A stretch of 64,000 bases of DNA, from assembly GCF_009914755.1 (NCBI RefSeq), contig NC_060945.1; one strand, 5' to 3'. Below the pieces are notes generated by a model. It did not search any database. It was not told where the DNA came from and saw only the letters and a list, made by a program, of their open reading frames with translations. The position numbers were made by a program, and so were the translations under genes. Origin of the DNA: the human T2T-CHM13v2.0 reference genome, Homo sapiens. Shown one piece after another: positions 12,051 through 29,298 of this stretch; position 1 is the first letter of the stretch; each line of letters starts with the position of its first letter.

Positions 12051-13619
12051 CTGAAAACAAAATCTTAAATCCCCAGGATATTTTGTTGGATAGTAATCTG
12101 ACAGTCCACTTATGATACGTTGTACATAGGATTCCGATGCATTTTTAAACTTAAAAGCTGTCAATTTGGGAAGAACATATTTCACTGAACTAAAATTAGT
12201 AGGTTCATCTCTTTGAGGAAATTAATGAAATTCCATCTACAAAGCCAAGTTGTTTTAGAATAGTAACAGATGAAGCTGTCAGAAGGCAAGCTGATGATTG
12301 CTAAATTGTAAACCTTTCATAAAGCCTTTTTTTTTAACAAACAAAAAATCACCTGTTCATGTTGGCTATCAGCAGGTTGCTTCAGCCAGAATCAGAATAT
12401 AGAAGAATGGAAAGGGTTAGGAAAAAGTGATTCATGCCTGCCTTCATGGTGAAGCAATGATGAAAGTTTGATTGACATGCTTAAATAGGAAGTTATGGTT
12501 AGAAATAAATGGCTTTAAAAATACACAGTGTGATTGTATCTAGTTCGAAGCAATCAAAAACCATCAGCCAGGACGCTAGTGAGGTATGTTTGTTCTCCCA
12601 GGACTTCAGTTTTTTGTGTGTACAGCTTCAGAGTTTAATTTACAAGCCAAGTATGTGTTTAAAATGCTTTTTACTGATAAACTGACAACTTTAGAACACT
12701 GCTTTTAAAAATTTCCGTAGTGAAGGACCACTTTCTTATTTCCAATTTGTCACAGACAAACATCTGTAAAATAAAAACTGAATTAGTACAGGGAGGGGGA
12801 AATGGGAAGTTACTGTTTAATGGGCATAGAGTTTCAGTTTTGCAAGATGAAAAACAAGATGGTTACACAACTATAAACATGCTTAACAATACCAAACCGT
12901 ATTAAAGATGGTTAAGATGGTAAATTTCATATTATGTATATTTTACCACAGTTGAGTTTTTTTTTTAAAGAATGAATTACTATAAGAATTTTAAAAATTC
13001 AGTATTTACCAAATTAACAATACAATGGGGGAGGAACACATTCAACTCAATAGATGCAGAAAAATGTACAACTTGACATCCATTCATGATTAAAACTCTC
13101 AGCAAACTAGAGAACTTCTTTAACCTGATAAAAAGGTATCTGTGGAAAAACCTACAACTAACATCACGTTTGTTGCCCCTCACCACTCCGCCCCCCTCCC
13201 CACAAGATTTGGGAAACGCAAAGAGGTACCTGCTTTTATAATTTTTATTCAGAATTGTATCCTAGTCTGTGAAATAAGGTAAGAAAAATAAAAAGCATAC
13301 ATACTGCAAAAAATAAAACTGCAGAAGGCATCAGACATGTTAAAACGCCCTCAAGAATCAAAAAGTTATGAGAATATAGCAAGGTAAGGTACAAGGTCAA
13401 TATGCGAAGTTCAATTTTATTTCTGCGTGCTAGAAACTAATAAATGGAAATTAATATTTAAAAACCACCATTTACAATAATATTAACGTGAAATAGGGAC
13501 AAATAGAGCAAAATTTGTGCAAGACCTATCAATGAAAACTATAGAACTTGCAAAGAAATGAAAGAATGTCTAAGTAGGTGGAGATATAACACCATAATTC
13601 TGGATTGGAAGACTCAATT

Positions 13620-13927
13620 TTGGGTTTTCTTGTTTTTTTTTGAGACAGTCTCACTCACTGTGTCACCCAAGCTGGAGTACAGTAGTGCGATCTCAGCCCA
13701 CTACAACCTCCGCCTCCTGGGTTCAAGCGATTCTCATGCTTCAGCCTCCCAAATAGCTGGGATTACAGGCGTGTCCCATGACACCTGGCTGATTTTTTGT
13801 ATTTTTAGTAGAGTTGGGGGCTTCGCTATGTTGGCCAGGCTGGTCTCGAACTCCTGACCTCAAGTGATCTGCCTGGCTCGGCCTCCTGAAGTGCTGGGAT
13901 TACAGGCGTGAGCCACCGTGCCTGGCC
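13620..13927 (-). mobile_element. AluS
   Basis: Full dimer, antisense; TSD AAGAC(T/C)CAATT. Confidence 0.93.
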
Positions 13928-14462
13928 TAAGACCCAATTGTGTAAATGTAAATCTTGTAAATGTTAGTTATTCCTAAATTGACCTATAAATTGAATTACA
14001 ACAAAAATTCTGCCAGTCTTTTTTTGTAGACAAGCTAGTTATAAAATTTATATGTAAATACAAATGACACAGAATAGCCAAAATATTTTGGAAAAAGAGA
14101 ACTTGCACTGTGCTATATAAAGCTTTGCTATATAAAGCTACAGCAATCAAGAGGTGGTATTTAGGTAAGGATAAATGTATATAGGTCAATGAACAGAATA
14201 GAATCCAGAAATGGACCCACATATATGGCTCATTGATTTTTGGTGCCAAAATCAAAGGTGCCAAGGTAATTCAATAGGGAAAGGGTAGTTATTTCAACAA
14301 ATGTTAGAACAACTGCATATATTCATGGAGAAAAACCCTTGCCTCATACCACACATAAAAACAATGGATTATAGACCTAAATATAAAATCTAAAACTTAT
14401 TAAGGAATTTTCATAACCTTGGGGTAGATAAAGATTTCCTAGATATTAAAGAAGCAAAACTA

Positions 14463-14805
14463 GGCTGGATGTGGTGGCTCATACCTGTAAATACAGTGCT
14501 TTGGAAAGCTGAGGCAGGAAGATTACTTGAGGCCATGAGTTTTGAGACCAGCCTGGGCAACATAGCAAGACCCTATCTCTACAAAAATATAAAAGTTAAA
14601 ATAAAATTAGCTGGGCATGGTTGTGTACGGCTGTAGTTCCAGCTACTCAGAAGGCTGAGGAGGGAGGATTGCTTGAGCCCAGGTTAAAATTCGAGGTTCA
14701 AGTGCAGGTTGAGTTTGAGGTTACAGTGAGGTATGATTCTGCCGCTACAGCACTCCAGTCTGGGGGTGACAGAGTGAGACGCTGTATCTAATAAAAAAAA
14801 AAAAA
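14463..14805 (+). mobile_element. AluJ
   Basis: Dimer with J-type TTGAGCCCAGG and an A tail. Confidence 0.88.
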
Positions 14806-14880
14806 GACAGTAAATTGGACTTCATCAAAAATTTTTAAAACACCTGTTATTTGAAAGATACTATTAAAATAAAAGGCAAG

Positions 14881-15195
14881 GCTGGGTGTAGTGACACATG
14901 CCTGTAATTTCATTGCTTTGGGAGGCTGACTGGGGAGGACTGCTTGAACCCAGGAGTTTGAGACCAGCCTGGGCAACATCGTGAGACCCCCTCTCTATGA
15001 AAAAAAAAAATTTAATTAGCCAACCTTGGTAGCATGGACCTGTAGTTCTGGCTACTCAGAAGCCTGAGGCAGGAACACTGTTTGAGTCCAGGAGTTTGAG
15101 GTTATAATGAGCTATGATCATACCAGTGCACTCTAGCCTGGGTGAGAGAGCAAGACCCTGTCTCAAAAAAAAAAAAAAAAAAAAGAAAAGAAAAT
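14881..15195 (+). mobile_element. AluJ
   Basis: Dimer with J diagnostics and a long A tail. Confidence 0.88.
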
Positions 15196-15720
15196 TAAAT
15201 AAAGGACAAGGTACAGATTGGAAGAAAATATTTGCAATACACTTATCTTACCTAGGTTACAAAGGTAAGATAAGTGTATTGACCACACTGATTTATAATA
15301 TTTTGTCATTAAGCAATGAGCATCAGTTGTAACTGAATGATTATGGCAATATTAATATCTTACAAAGGTAAGATATTTAATATCAAAATATATGATAAAT
15401 TCTTTTAACTCACTAAGATAATCAAATAATTTATGGTCAAAGGATTTGTACAGACACTTCATAAAAAAAGATATACATATGGCCAGTAAGCATATGAAAA
15501 GCTATTTGGCATTATTAGTTATCACGAAATACCAAGTCACAATCCAGTACCACTAAAAACACATTACAACTGCTAAAAGTTAAAAGACTCACAATACCAA
15601 CTGTTCTCAATGACATGGACCAAATGAAGTCACACACATTGCTAGTGGAAATGTAAAATGGCACACTACTTTGGAAAAGTTAAACACTTTTGTCACGACA
15701 CAGCAATTCTAATCCTAGGC

Positions 15721-16029
<309 letters not shown>

Positions 16030-16732
16030 AATCCTAGACATTTATTTAAGAGAAATAAAATATGTTCACTGAAAGACTTGTACACGAATGTTTATAACAG
16101 CTTTATTCATAATGTCTCCAAACTGTTAACACAAATATCCATCAGCAGGTGACTGAATAAACAAATTATGAATACCCATAGAACAGAAGTACGACTCAGC
16201 AATAAAAGGGAGTGAACAACTGCCTCATCAACAACTCTGGAAAAGGCAAATCTCATTGTAAGGATAGAAAGCAGATCACTGGTTGCCTAGGGCTAGGGAT
16301 AATGGTTGATTTCCTGGATTAGGCATAAAGAAATTTGGGAGGATGATGAGCATAGCCTATATTATGCTTTGTTGACGATTACATGGATGAACAGATTTGT
16401 CAAAACTCATCTAAATGTATACTTAAAATAGGTGCATGGGGTTATGTAAATTTCACCTCAATAAGCTTAAAAACTGAATTACTAGAGAAATGAAATTTAA
16501 AAGACAAAAATACATAACCACTTTTTAAAAATTATTAGATTCCACAAGCATAAGATTGCTATATCAAATTATCAAAATTGTTTTAATGCTTGCTCTTATC
16601 TCCCTGTGGACTGATGACAAACAGTTCACGGACTGACCACACTGATCTACAACATTTCATCAACTGATGAGCATCAGTTTTAACTGAACGATTATGGCAA
16701 TGTTAATGGTATTTGAAAATTTCTCTGTAAAC

Positions 16733-17035
16733 CTTTTTTTTTTTTTTTTTTGAGACTGAGAGTCTCACTCTGTTACCCAGGCTGGAGCGCAGTGGCTTGA
16801 TCTTGGCTCACTGCAACCTCCACTTCCTGAGTTTAAGCGATTCTCCTGCCTCAGCCTCCCCAGTACCTGAGATTATAGGCCTGCATCACCACGCCCAGCT
16901 AATTTTTGTAGTTTTAGTAGAGACAGGGTTTCACCATGTTGGCCAGGCTGGTCTTGAACTCCTGAGCTCAAGTGATCTGCCTGCCTGAGCCTCCCAAAGT
17001 GCTGGGATTACAGGCATGAGCCACCATGCCCGGCT
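16733..17035 (-). mobile_element. AluS
   Basis: Dimer with leading poly-T. Confidence 0.93.
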
Positions 17036-17429
17036 GTAATGTGAGAAAAGCATTTTCTCATGTCTGCTAACAAGATAGTTGATTTGGGAATCTTATTTCC
17101 ATGATACTAGTAACACCCAGTTAGCACCTATGCTATTTTTATAGGTAACACCACAGTAACTAGACATGAATGAAATAGAACACTGAAGAAAAAGTTATTT
17201 ATCATATCTATGAGCAACTCTTTAATTCACTTCCTTAGAAAACTATGCAAAAAGGTTTGCTCTAATACTCACAGTACGAATAGAGAAAGTAAGCTTCCTA
17301 TCTCTAATGTTGGTTTTACTTTGTGAATGAGAGGGCATATTGCATATTAATACACTGATAAACATCACTGAATAGTTGAACTAGAATGTTCATTTGACTT
17401 AATGGTTAAAGGAAAAAGCTATGCATTAA

Positions 17430-17745
<316 letters not shown>

Positions 17746-19100
17746 CGAGAGGTAACAGCCTGCTAGCAGCCCTCGCAGCCCTCACTCGCTCTCGGAGCCT
17801 CCTCGGCCTTGGCGCCCACTCTCGCCGCGCTTGAGGAGCCCTTCAGCCCGCCGCTGCACTGTGGGAGTCCCTTTCTGGGCTGGCCAAGGCCGGAGCCGGC
17901 TCCCTCAGCTTGCGGGGAAGCGTGGAGGGAGAGGCGCGGGCGGGAACCCGGGCTGCCCGCGGCGCTTGCGGGCCAGCGCGAGTTCCGGGTGGGCGTGGGC
18001 TCCGCGGGCCCGCACTCAGAGCGGCCTGCCGCCCCAGGCAGTGAGGGGCTTAGCACCTGGGCCAGCAGCTGCTGTGCTAGATTTCTCGTGCGGGCCTTAG
18101 CTGCCTCCCCGGGGGCAGGGCTCGGGACCTGCAGCCTGCCATGCCTGAGCCTCCCCCCTCTCTCTCTGTGGGCTCCTGCGCGGCCCGAGCCTCCCTGACG
18201 AGCGCCGCCCCCTGCTCCACGGCGCCCAGGCCCATCGACCGCACGAGGGCTGAGGAGTGCTTGGCAGGGCGTGGGACTGGCAGGCAGCTCCACCTGCAGC
18301 CGGTGCGGGATCCACTGGGTGAAGCCAGCTGGGCTCCTGAGTCTGGTGGGGACTTGGCTAATCTTTATGTCTAGCTAAGGGATTGTAAATACACCAATCA
18401 GCACTCTGTATCTAGCTCAAGGTTTGTAAATGCACCAATCAGCACTCTGTGTCTAGCTCAGGATTTGTAAATATACCAATCCACACTCTGTATCTAGCTA
18501 ATGTAGTAGGGACTTGGAGAACTTTTGTGTCTAGCTCAGGGTTCCTAAACGCACCAATCAGCACCCTGTCAAAATGGACCAATCAGCTCTCTGTAAAACA
18601 GACCAATCAGCTCTCTGTAAAATGGACCAATTAGCAGGATGTGGGTGGGGCCAGATAAGAGAATAAAAGCAGGCTGCCCGAATGAGCAGTAGCAACTCGC
18701 TGTGGTCCGCTTCTGTAGTGTGAGGAGGTGTGTTCTTTCCGTCTTTGCAATAAGTGTTGCTGTTGCTCACTCTGGGTCCAGCTGCGTTTATGAGCTGTAA
18801 CACTCACCGCTAAGGTCCGCAGATTCACTCTTGAAGCCAGTGAGACCACAAACCCACCAGGAGGAACGAACAACTCCAGCTGCGCCACCTTAAGAGCTGT
18901 AACACTCACTGAAGGTTTGCAGCTTCACTCCTGAGCCAGCGTAGACCATGAACACACCGGAAGGAAGAAACTCGGAACACATCCGAACATCAGAAGGAAC
19001 AAACTCCGGACACGCCGCCTTTAAGAACTGTAACACCGCCAGGGTCCACGGCTTCATGCTTGAAGTTGGTAAGACCAAGAACCCACCAATTCCGGACACG
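17746..19100 (+). mobile_element. LTR12 (HERV9/ERV9 LTR, LTR12C/D/E-type)
   Basis: Starts (T>C)GAGAGGTAACAGC..GCAGCCCTCG and ends CCCACCAATTCCGGACAC(G). Contains a GC/CpG-rich U3, tandem CCAATCAGC repeats and U5 CTGTAACACTCAC repeats. Confidence 0.95.
18390..18700 (+). promoter_or_regulatory. LTR12 U3 enhancer/promoter: seven CCAAT (NF-Y) boxes, GC/GT box, GATA site, AATAAAA TATA-like element
   Basis: CCAAT near 18394, 18435, 18476, 18554, 18579, 18603 and 18627. GGGTGGGG, AGATAAG (~18653) and AATAAAA (18662-18668) follow in the known ERV9 promoter arrangement. Confidence 0.8.
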
Positions 19101-19399
<299 letters not shown>

Positions 19400-19839
19400 T
19401 TAGCTAATTGATTAAACAAAGAATACCTAGAATAAAGGTATAAACAAATAACCTTCCATTGTGGAGGATATGTAAAGTGGCGTGCCAAAGGAAAGAACTA
19501 GAAGAAACAGATTATGGTCCTTTTCCCACTAACCAGATACGAAACTTACAGCTAGTTGTTTCACCTTTGTTCACCTCCATTTTCTCTCTCCTGTGTTGGG
19601 GTCGTTGACACATTTGCCTGCAGTGCAGGGCCATTGGAAGGGTTAAATGAACTCAGTATGTAATTCATCTTGCAGGCTCCTAAATAAGTGTAAAGGTCTA
19701 GGAAAGAAAAGCCTCCCTCCAAAGAATCCAGTGTTCTAGGTTGAAATTGGTGCTCCTCTCGCGTAATGGTGAAAATCACAAAGTAGCGTAAAAAACATGT
19801 TGAATGAATGAGTAAGGAATAAGAGCTAATTCTGATCTC

Positions 19840-20000
19840 TTACGATATGTCAAGTCGTTTATGTGCCTTCTCACTTATTTCTCACAACTCCTTGAAGTAG
19901 ATAACTGTCCGTTTTATAAATGGAGAGATTGAGGCATAGAGGGATTAGTCAACTTGGCTGAAGTCACTTGCATAAGGGCCAACCCAGGCTTGAAGCCCTG
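19840..20000 (-). mobile_element. MIR SINE
   Basis: TTTTATAAATGGAGAGATTGAGGCATAGAG..AACTTGGCTGAAGTCAC. Confidence 0.6.
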
Positions 20001-20209
20001 CGTGGGCTTTTCATTAGGATCAAGTCTGTCTCAACAGAATATAGCTGTTAATACCTACAGTCAATGAAAGGGAGGTGTGTTTAACACGTCTAAAAAATGA
20101 GAATTGCAAACATTGAGTATTTTTTTCATTTTTCCTGGCTTGTACTTGTCTTACCCAAAGTGAGAAGCTTATACCAAATTTTACTTTAAGTAGTATTCAT
20201 CTCTAATAA

Positions 20210-21360
<1,151 letters not shown>

Positions 21361-21619
21361 AGTGCATTTTTAAAAAACTATTATAAAGAAGCTTACCTAA
21401 AAGAATAGCACAGATGCGGCAATGTCACCTACAAAATCATAGCAGGTTTTTAAAACTGCATCACTAGGTAAAGAATACATATTTGTTTTCATGAAATGGG
21501 CACTTTATGTAACAAATGTGTTTCTGAAAAGTTGTACCTAAATAAAATATTATAAGCATAATTGTTAGCAGTATTATATATACTGTTTGGCCCCCCCCAA
21601 AAAAGATGCATTTATAATT

Positions 21620-21822
21620 TTTTTTGCGATCCTCCCACCTCAGCCTTTCGCTGGGACCACAGGAGTATGCTACAACTCTTGGCTAATTCTTTCTAAATTT
21701 TTGGTAGATGCAGGTTCTCCCTGTGTTGCCCAGCCTGGTCTCACACTCCTGGGCTCAAGGGATCCTCCCACCTTGGCCTCCCAAAGTGCTAGTATTAAGG
21801 CATGAGCCAATGTGCCTAGCCC
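21620..21822 (-). mobile_element. Truncated AluJ
   Basis: CTCCTGGGCTCAAG..CTCCCAAAGTGCT. Confidence 0.8.
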
Positions 21823-22322
21823 ATAGTTCTTGAATACCAAGGAAGAAAAGAGGTTTATAATTAAGCTCTAAATTACAGAGGAGTGGTATTCCTGAAAAAC
21901 GTTTAGTAAGTGGAAACTGCAACTGTAATGCATATATGTAGAAACCCAAGACTTGCAATCACTTCACAAGAAACATTAGGCACAAATTACCACAAGGTAA
22001 CACAGCTTACTGACATGGAAATGAGATTCCATCAAACCTATTTCTAAAACTCCTTCATAGTTTCTTATTGCCGTCTGGAAAAAAAGTGCAATTTCCTTAG
22101 CGTGGTGTGAAAGCATGGAGCCAGTTTTTATCTTTACCCAGCTTCCAGTTTCCATGCTCCTTCTTCCTGGAAGCATTATTTATCAACCATAATTAGCCCA
22201 GGTCAGATTTGTGCATTAGAAATACGGTCACTTAGCGCTGTCTCCTCCACTGGATTAGCAGCCATGACGTTCAGGACCTGATATTGTCTTTGTTTATCAC
22301 TGCATCTTCAAACCTTAGTTGT

Positions 22323-22620
<298 letters not shown>

Positions 22621-24013
22621 TCCTTAGGTGTTATAATGGATACAGCACTGTAGTTGTGCCATTAGTCCTCAAAATTCATGGTGTTAGCATCTTATATCAC
22701 TTATTTTATAGACAAAGAAAAATTATTATACTAGAGAACTGCATTTTTTTCCTACAGTTTCTTAGATATAATTCCATGGAAACTTGGATCTGCTAAAACA
22801 ATCGGCAGCATCAATACAGCATTGGGAAATGATAAAAGGAAATCTGTTAAAACTATCAGAAATCTTATTAATCACATATGTTTATCCATTTGATAGATAA
22901 ATCATGTCCCTTTGTCGATTTAAAAATAATTTATATTAAGATATCTTTCTGACAATTATTGTGACTTTTTTGAGAAGCATGCTTTGGTACTATAGAGTAT
23001 CTTTAGCACAGTGATTCGTATTTGGATAACAAGAGTCACAAAAGGAAAAATCGCCTTTACTTTAATGCTTAATTATTTGCCATAATATATTTGATTTGTA
23101 TATGACTTTGTAGAAACTACTTTGTGCTCAAGTTTGTTCCTCTAAATAGAACTTTATATTTCTTAATTGGCCAGCTTGTTTCATTGATCTGTCCCAAGTC
23201 TCATTATGAAATCTCAAAATCTCACTTTGATTGATTTGAAAAAGTGGAGGGAATCAGACCATTTGGTTTTTTTTCCTTTGTTTTTGACAAGATTTTTGGT
23301 GCACAGTTTGAGAAATGGCAGAATTACCCCCCAGCTAAAATATTCGGAGGCTCAAAATTCATACTAACCTTTCTTGTTTCCTAAGCTGAAAAAAGCTGCC
23401 ACGCAGGGTTCTTATGGCAGGTTCTTGTCAAATTCTCACACTGAAGAAAATCAATGACATATTTGAGAGCATCAAGCTTCAGAAGAATTTAGCAAACAGG
23501 ATGTCAGAAACCTTTCAGAAATAAAATCATTCACCTGGGTGGATTTAGGGCTGAAATTATTCCATGATATGTTTGATAAACTTTCATGCCACTGAAAACA
23601 TTTCTCCCTCATATTTAGGCTTCTAAAGGTTTTCTCGACTTTCTTATGTTAAAAATTAACCCATCTCATCTCTGTTGAGAAATAAATAATGCCCCATATC
23701 TTTGAAAAGATAAATCAATGTTAAGATTATGTTCTATGTCCTCACTTCATCTGTGAGGATGTCAGAATTTCTTTTGGCTGTTTGTCAAGTCATTGGCAAT
23801 ATCAGAATTATCTCTCAGAAGAGAAATAGTTGAACTTGTGTCACCCTGTGGGATCTATTGGGAGTGAATTAGATTGTGGAAACGGCATATGCTCTATCTG
23901 AAAGTCAATCTCAGTTCACTAACTAGTGTCCTAGAAATCTGAAGGAGGTAAGGATGAGAAACAATGTTTCCTCAAATCTCTCTATATTTTCACTATTTCC
24001 TAAAAGTTGATAA

Positions 24014-24391
<378 letters not shown>

Positions 24392-24762
24392 TGTTTTTTC
24401 ATTTCTGTTCCCTCTGATTGAAATGCTTCCTCTTTTTATCCTTCCTTTTCCTTCTTTCTCTCTGTCAAAATTCCCATTATCCTTTATTGTCCAGAATTGA
24501 CCAGACTGTCCTTGAACACACTTCCTTTGAAGCTACACTCACCTGATTTTCCACCTCACTGACCCCTACTTTTGGGTTCCATACTAGACTCCTTTTTCTC
24601 TTCCAACCGCACATTAGGTGACTGTAACGTTACAAATCATCTATGTGAGTCATCAATCTTCATATCCAGCTTTGATCTCTCCCAGAATCCATTAATATCT
24701 CTATCTGCTTACAAGGATGTATAGTAAGACATTTTAATCAAAAAATGGCAAAAAGAAAACTC

Positions 24763-25053
24763 TTTTATTTTTTTTAGACCGAGTCTTCCTCTGTCACCCA
24801 GGCTGGAGTGCAGTGGTGCCATCTCGGCTCATTGCAACCTCCACATCCTAGGTTCAAGCCGTTCTCATGCCTCAACCTCCTGAGTAGCTGGGACTATAGG
24901 CACAGCACCACCACGATCACTAATTTTTGTATTTTTAGTAGAGGGGGTTTCACCATGTTCACCACGCTGATCTCCAACTCTTGATCTCAGGTAATCTACC
25001 ACCTCAGCTTCCCAAAGGGTTGGGATTACAGGCATGAGCCACCGCACCCTGCC
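24763..25053 (-). mobile_element. Alu (S/J)
   Basis: Diverged dimer. Confidence 0.88.
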
Positions 25054-25104
25054 CTATCAGTAAATATTATATTATAAACACCTATCACAAATGCATAGGT
25101 ACTC

Positions 25105-26290
25105 AGATGGATTTCTGGAGATGATTCTTTAAATGTGTTTAATTATGTTGATTGATTTTTGAATCACAAACTGATTTTGTTTTCCTGTAATGAACCCGGC
25201 TTGGCTCTGATGTATTATTTTGGCATGTTGCTGGATTCGGTGTACAAGTATTTTGTTGAAGGTTGGTTTTTTGTCTGCAAACATAAGAGATACTGGTCTG
25301 TAATTTTCTTTTCTTGTCAGGCTTTCCTGTGGGTTTTTGCTGTCCCCATAACTAAGTTGGAAGTGTTTCTTTTGTCTCTTATTTCTGAACATTTTTGGAT
25401 AATATTGTTATTTTTTCTTTAAATATTGGATAGACTTCACCAGTGAAACCATCTAGCCCTGGAGTTTTCTTTGTGAGGAGACTTTTTTATTAGTGGATTA
25501 CACTTCTTAAGTAGATATAGGAAAATTAAGAGTTTCAATTTCATCTTAAGTCAGCTTGGACAAGTTGACTCTTTTTCCAAGAAATTTGTCCACTTCATCC
25601 AACTTGTCATATTTGTTGGCATAAAATTGCTATTATCCATTGTCTATAGAATCTGTGGTATATCTTGCTTTCATTCTTGACATCGAAATTTGGGTTTGTC
25701 TCTTTTAAAAAAAAAAAAAGGTCTTGCTAGGGATGAATCAATTTCATTGATCTTTTTAAGGAATTAATTTTTGGCTTTGTTAATTTTCTGTTATTTGTTG
25801 TCTTCTCTACAGATTTATGCTTTTATCTTTATTGCTTTCTTTCTTGTTTGGGTTTAATGTAATCATATCTTTCTGGCTTAACGTGAAAACTTATGTCACT
25901 GGTTTAACACATTTACTTATTTTTTGAGAATCCACAGACCATTTATTAAGATAAATCTTATTTGAGTCCATAGACAAGTCTTGATAAATTTAAAAGGATT
26001 AAAACCACACAAAGTATGTTCTCTGACTATAAGGGATTTAATTAGAAATCAATAGCAGAAAGATACGTAGAGAATACCCAATGATTTGGAAATTAAACAA
26101 TACATTAAAAAGAATTTTTTTACTATATACATTTAAAGCTGTGCATTTCTCCTAAACATAGCTTCAGCTCCATCAAATACATTTTAGAATGTCGTACTTT
26201 TATTATAATTCAGTTTAAATATATACTAAGTTCCTTTGTCATTTCCTATTTTGCACACTTGGATTATTTCAAAATATATTATTTAATTTC
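25105..26290 (-). mobile_element. L1M ORF2 fragment (antisense) with an internal sense-oriented L1 piece at ~25925-26110
   Basis: ORF 25129..25392 (-) RKENYRPVSLM..KILVHRIQQH..QAGFI is the L1 RT N-terminus. Confidence 0.8.
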
Positions 26291-26488
26291 AATATCTATC
26301 ACAGTGGCTTTTGTCATTGTGAGAAGTTACGAAGATTCCAAATTTCTTATGAGTGGGTATTGTTTGCTCATAAAAGTTTAGCCCATTAAAAATGATGTGG
26401 CATATGAAATAACATAACATTTTATTTCCTTTTTTATTACTTCTTTGTAAAATCCAATTTTAAACATTTTATTAAAAGCAAAAAGTTA

Positions 26489-26827
<339 letters not shown>

Positions 26828-27179
26828 TCAGTATCTATATATGTAAATCACATGTATTTATGTATATGTGATCTTTACACCACAGGTAACTTAAAAAATG
26901 TGAATGCTGTTCCCTAACAGACCTTTTTACTCTCTTCAGAAACTTCATAACATGGATATTTGAAGGAAATCCTAGAGCTGAATTTAAAGACGGGGTTTGA
27001 GGAGACTTGAGTCATTCTGTATAGTAAAATAAGATTTTGTTGTTTTGTCATTGTTTACCCATAAAATGAGGGAGGAGAGCTAAGCACTATGCCTATGAAG
27101 CCTGCATTGCAGAATCTTTCAGCAAGATTAATGTCAAATGTGGAATTTTAAGATGTTGACATTACTATATGTCAAAGAG

Positions 27180-27843
<664 letters not shown>

Positions 27844-28223
27844 TATATCCTTCCATGTCCACTATCGCCACCTGCACATGTGCCTCTCATAAAAATGCAT
27901 TGAAAAGGTGAGTTTGGAGGCAATTAACCAAAAATCTACCCAGTTTTAGATTTAGGAAATGTAAATCTTAAGGAATGGAAAGCCTTCCTGCAGACGTCTA
28001 AGTTGTGTTTGGGTGTGTATTTATTTGAGTATATCTGCATATAAGTGTTAAAGAATCGGAGGACAATTCACTAATACACATTCGTTATCTCTAGAAAAAG
28101 GATTTTTAACACATTTGCTTATTCCAATTTCTACTATAAAAATAGATCACTGTAGTCATACTCCCACTTATGGTTAAGATGGTATAACCAGAATGAGGTA
28201 AGTCTCATTTATTTATCAGCTTA

Positions 28224-28903
<680 letters not shown>

Positions 28904-29218
28904 CCAGCAAAGCCTAGTCCCAGAATAAAATTTAAAATGACTTTTGGGAATAAAAAGTAATAGATTATTGTTAATTTCCATTACTTTAAAATCTGATCCA
29001 TTACATATTATATGCGTGTATCAAAATATCACATATACCCCCAAAATATATACAACTATTATATGTCAATTTTTTAAAAGTTGTACCCAGTCTTCAAATT
29101 CCAACTAAAATGCTAACTGATTCCTTCATCTGAATTTTTGTAGCATTCTTTTATGGCAATTAACACAGTCTATATTTTAGAGATTTTATCCAATTGTATT
29201 GTAAATGGGTTTTATCTA

Positions 29219-29298
29219 TTAGGTTGGTGCAAAAATAATAGCGATTTTTGCAATTACTTTTAATGGCAAAAACCACAATTACTTTCGCACTAACCTAA
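29219..29298. mobile_element. MADE1 (Hsmar1-derived mariner MITE)
   Basis: 80-bp near-palindrome TTAGGTTGGTGCAAAA...TTTCGCACTAACCTAA preceded by TA. Confidence 0.93.

Noticed and set aside
17763-18374. Overlapping GC-rich ORFs up to 176 aa
   Set aside because: They lie wholly within the LTR12 U3; stop-poor GC-rich sequence gives spurious ORFs on both strands.
18380-19040. Regularly spaced ~41-bp and ~75-bp repeats resembling an array
   Set aside because: Normal LTR12 U3 and U5 sub-repeats; no unique spacers, no cas genes, eukaryotic context.
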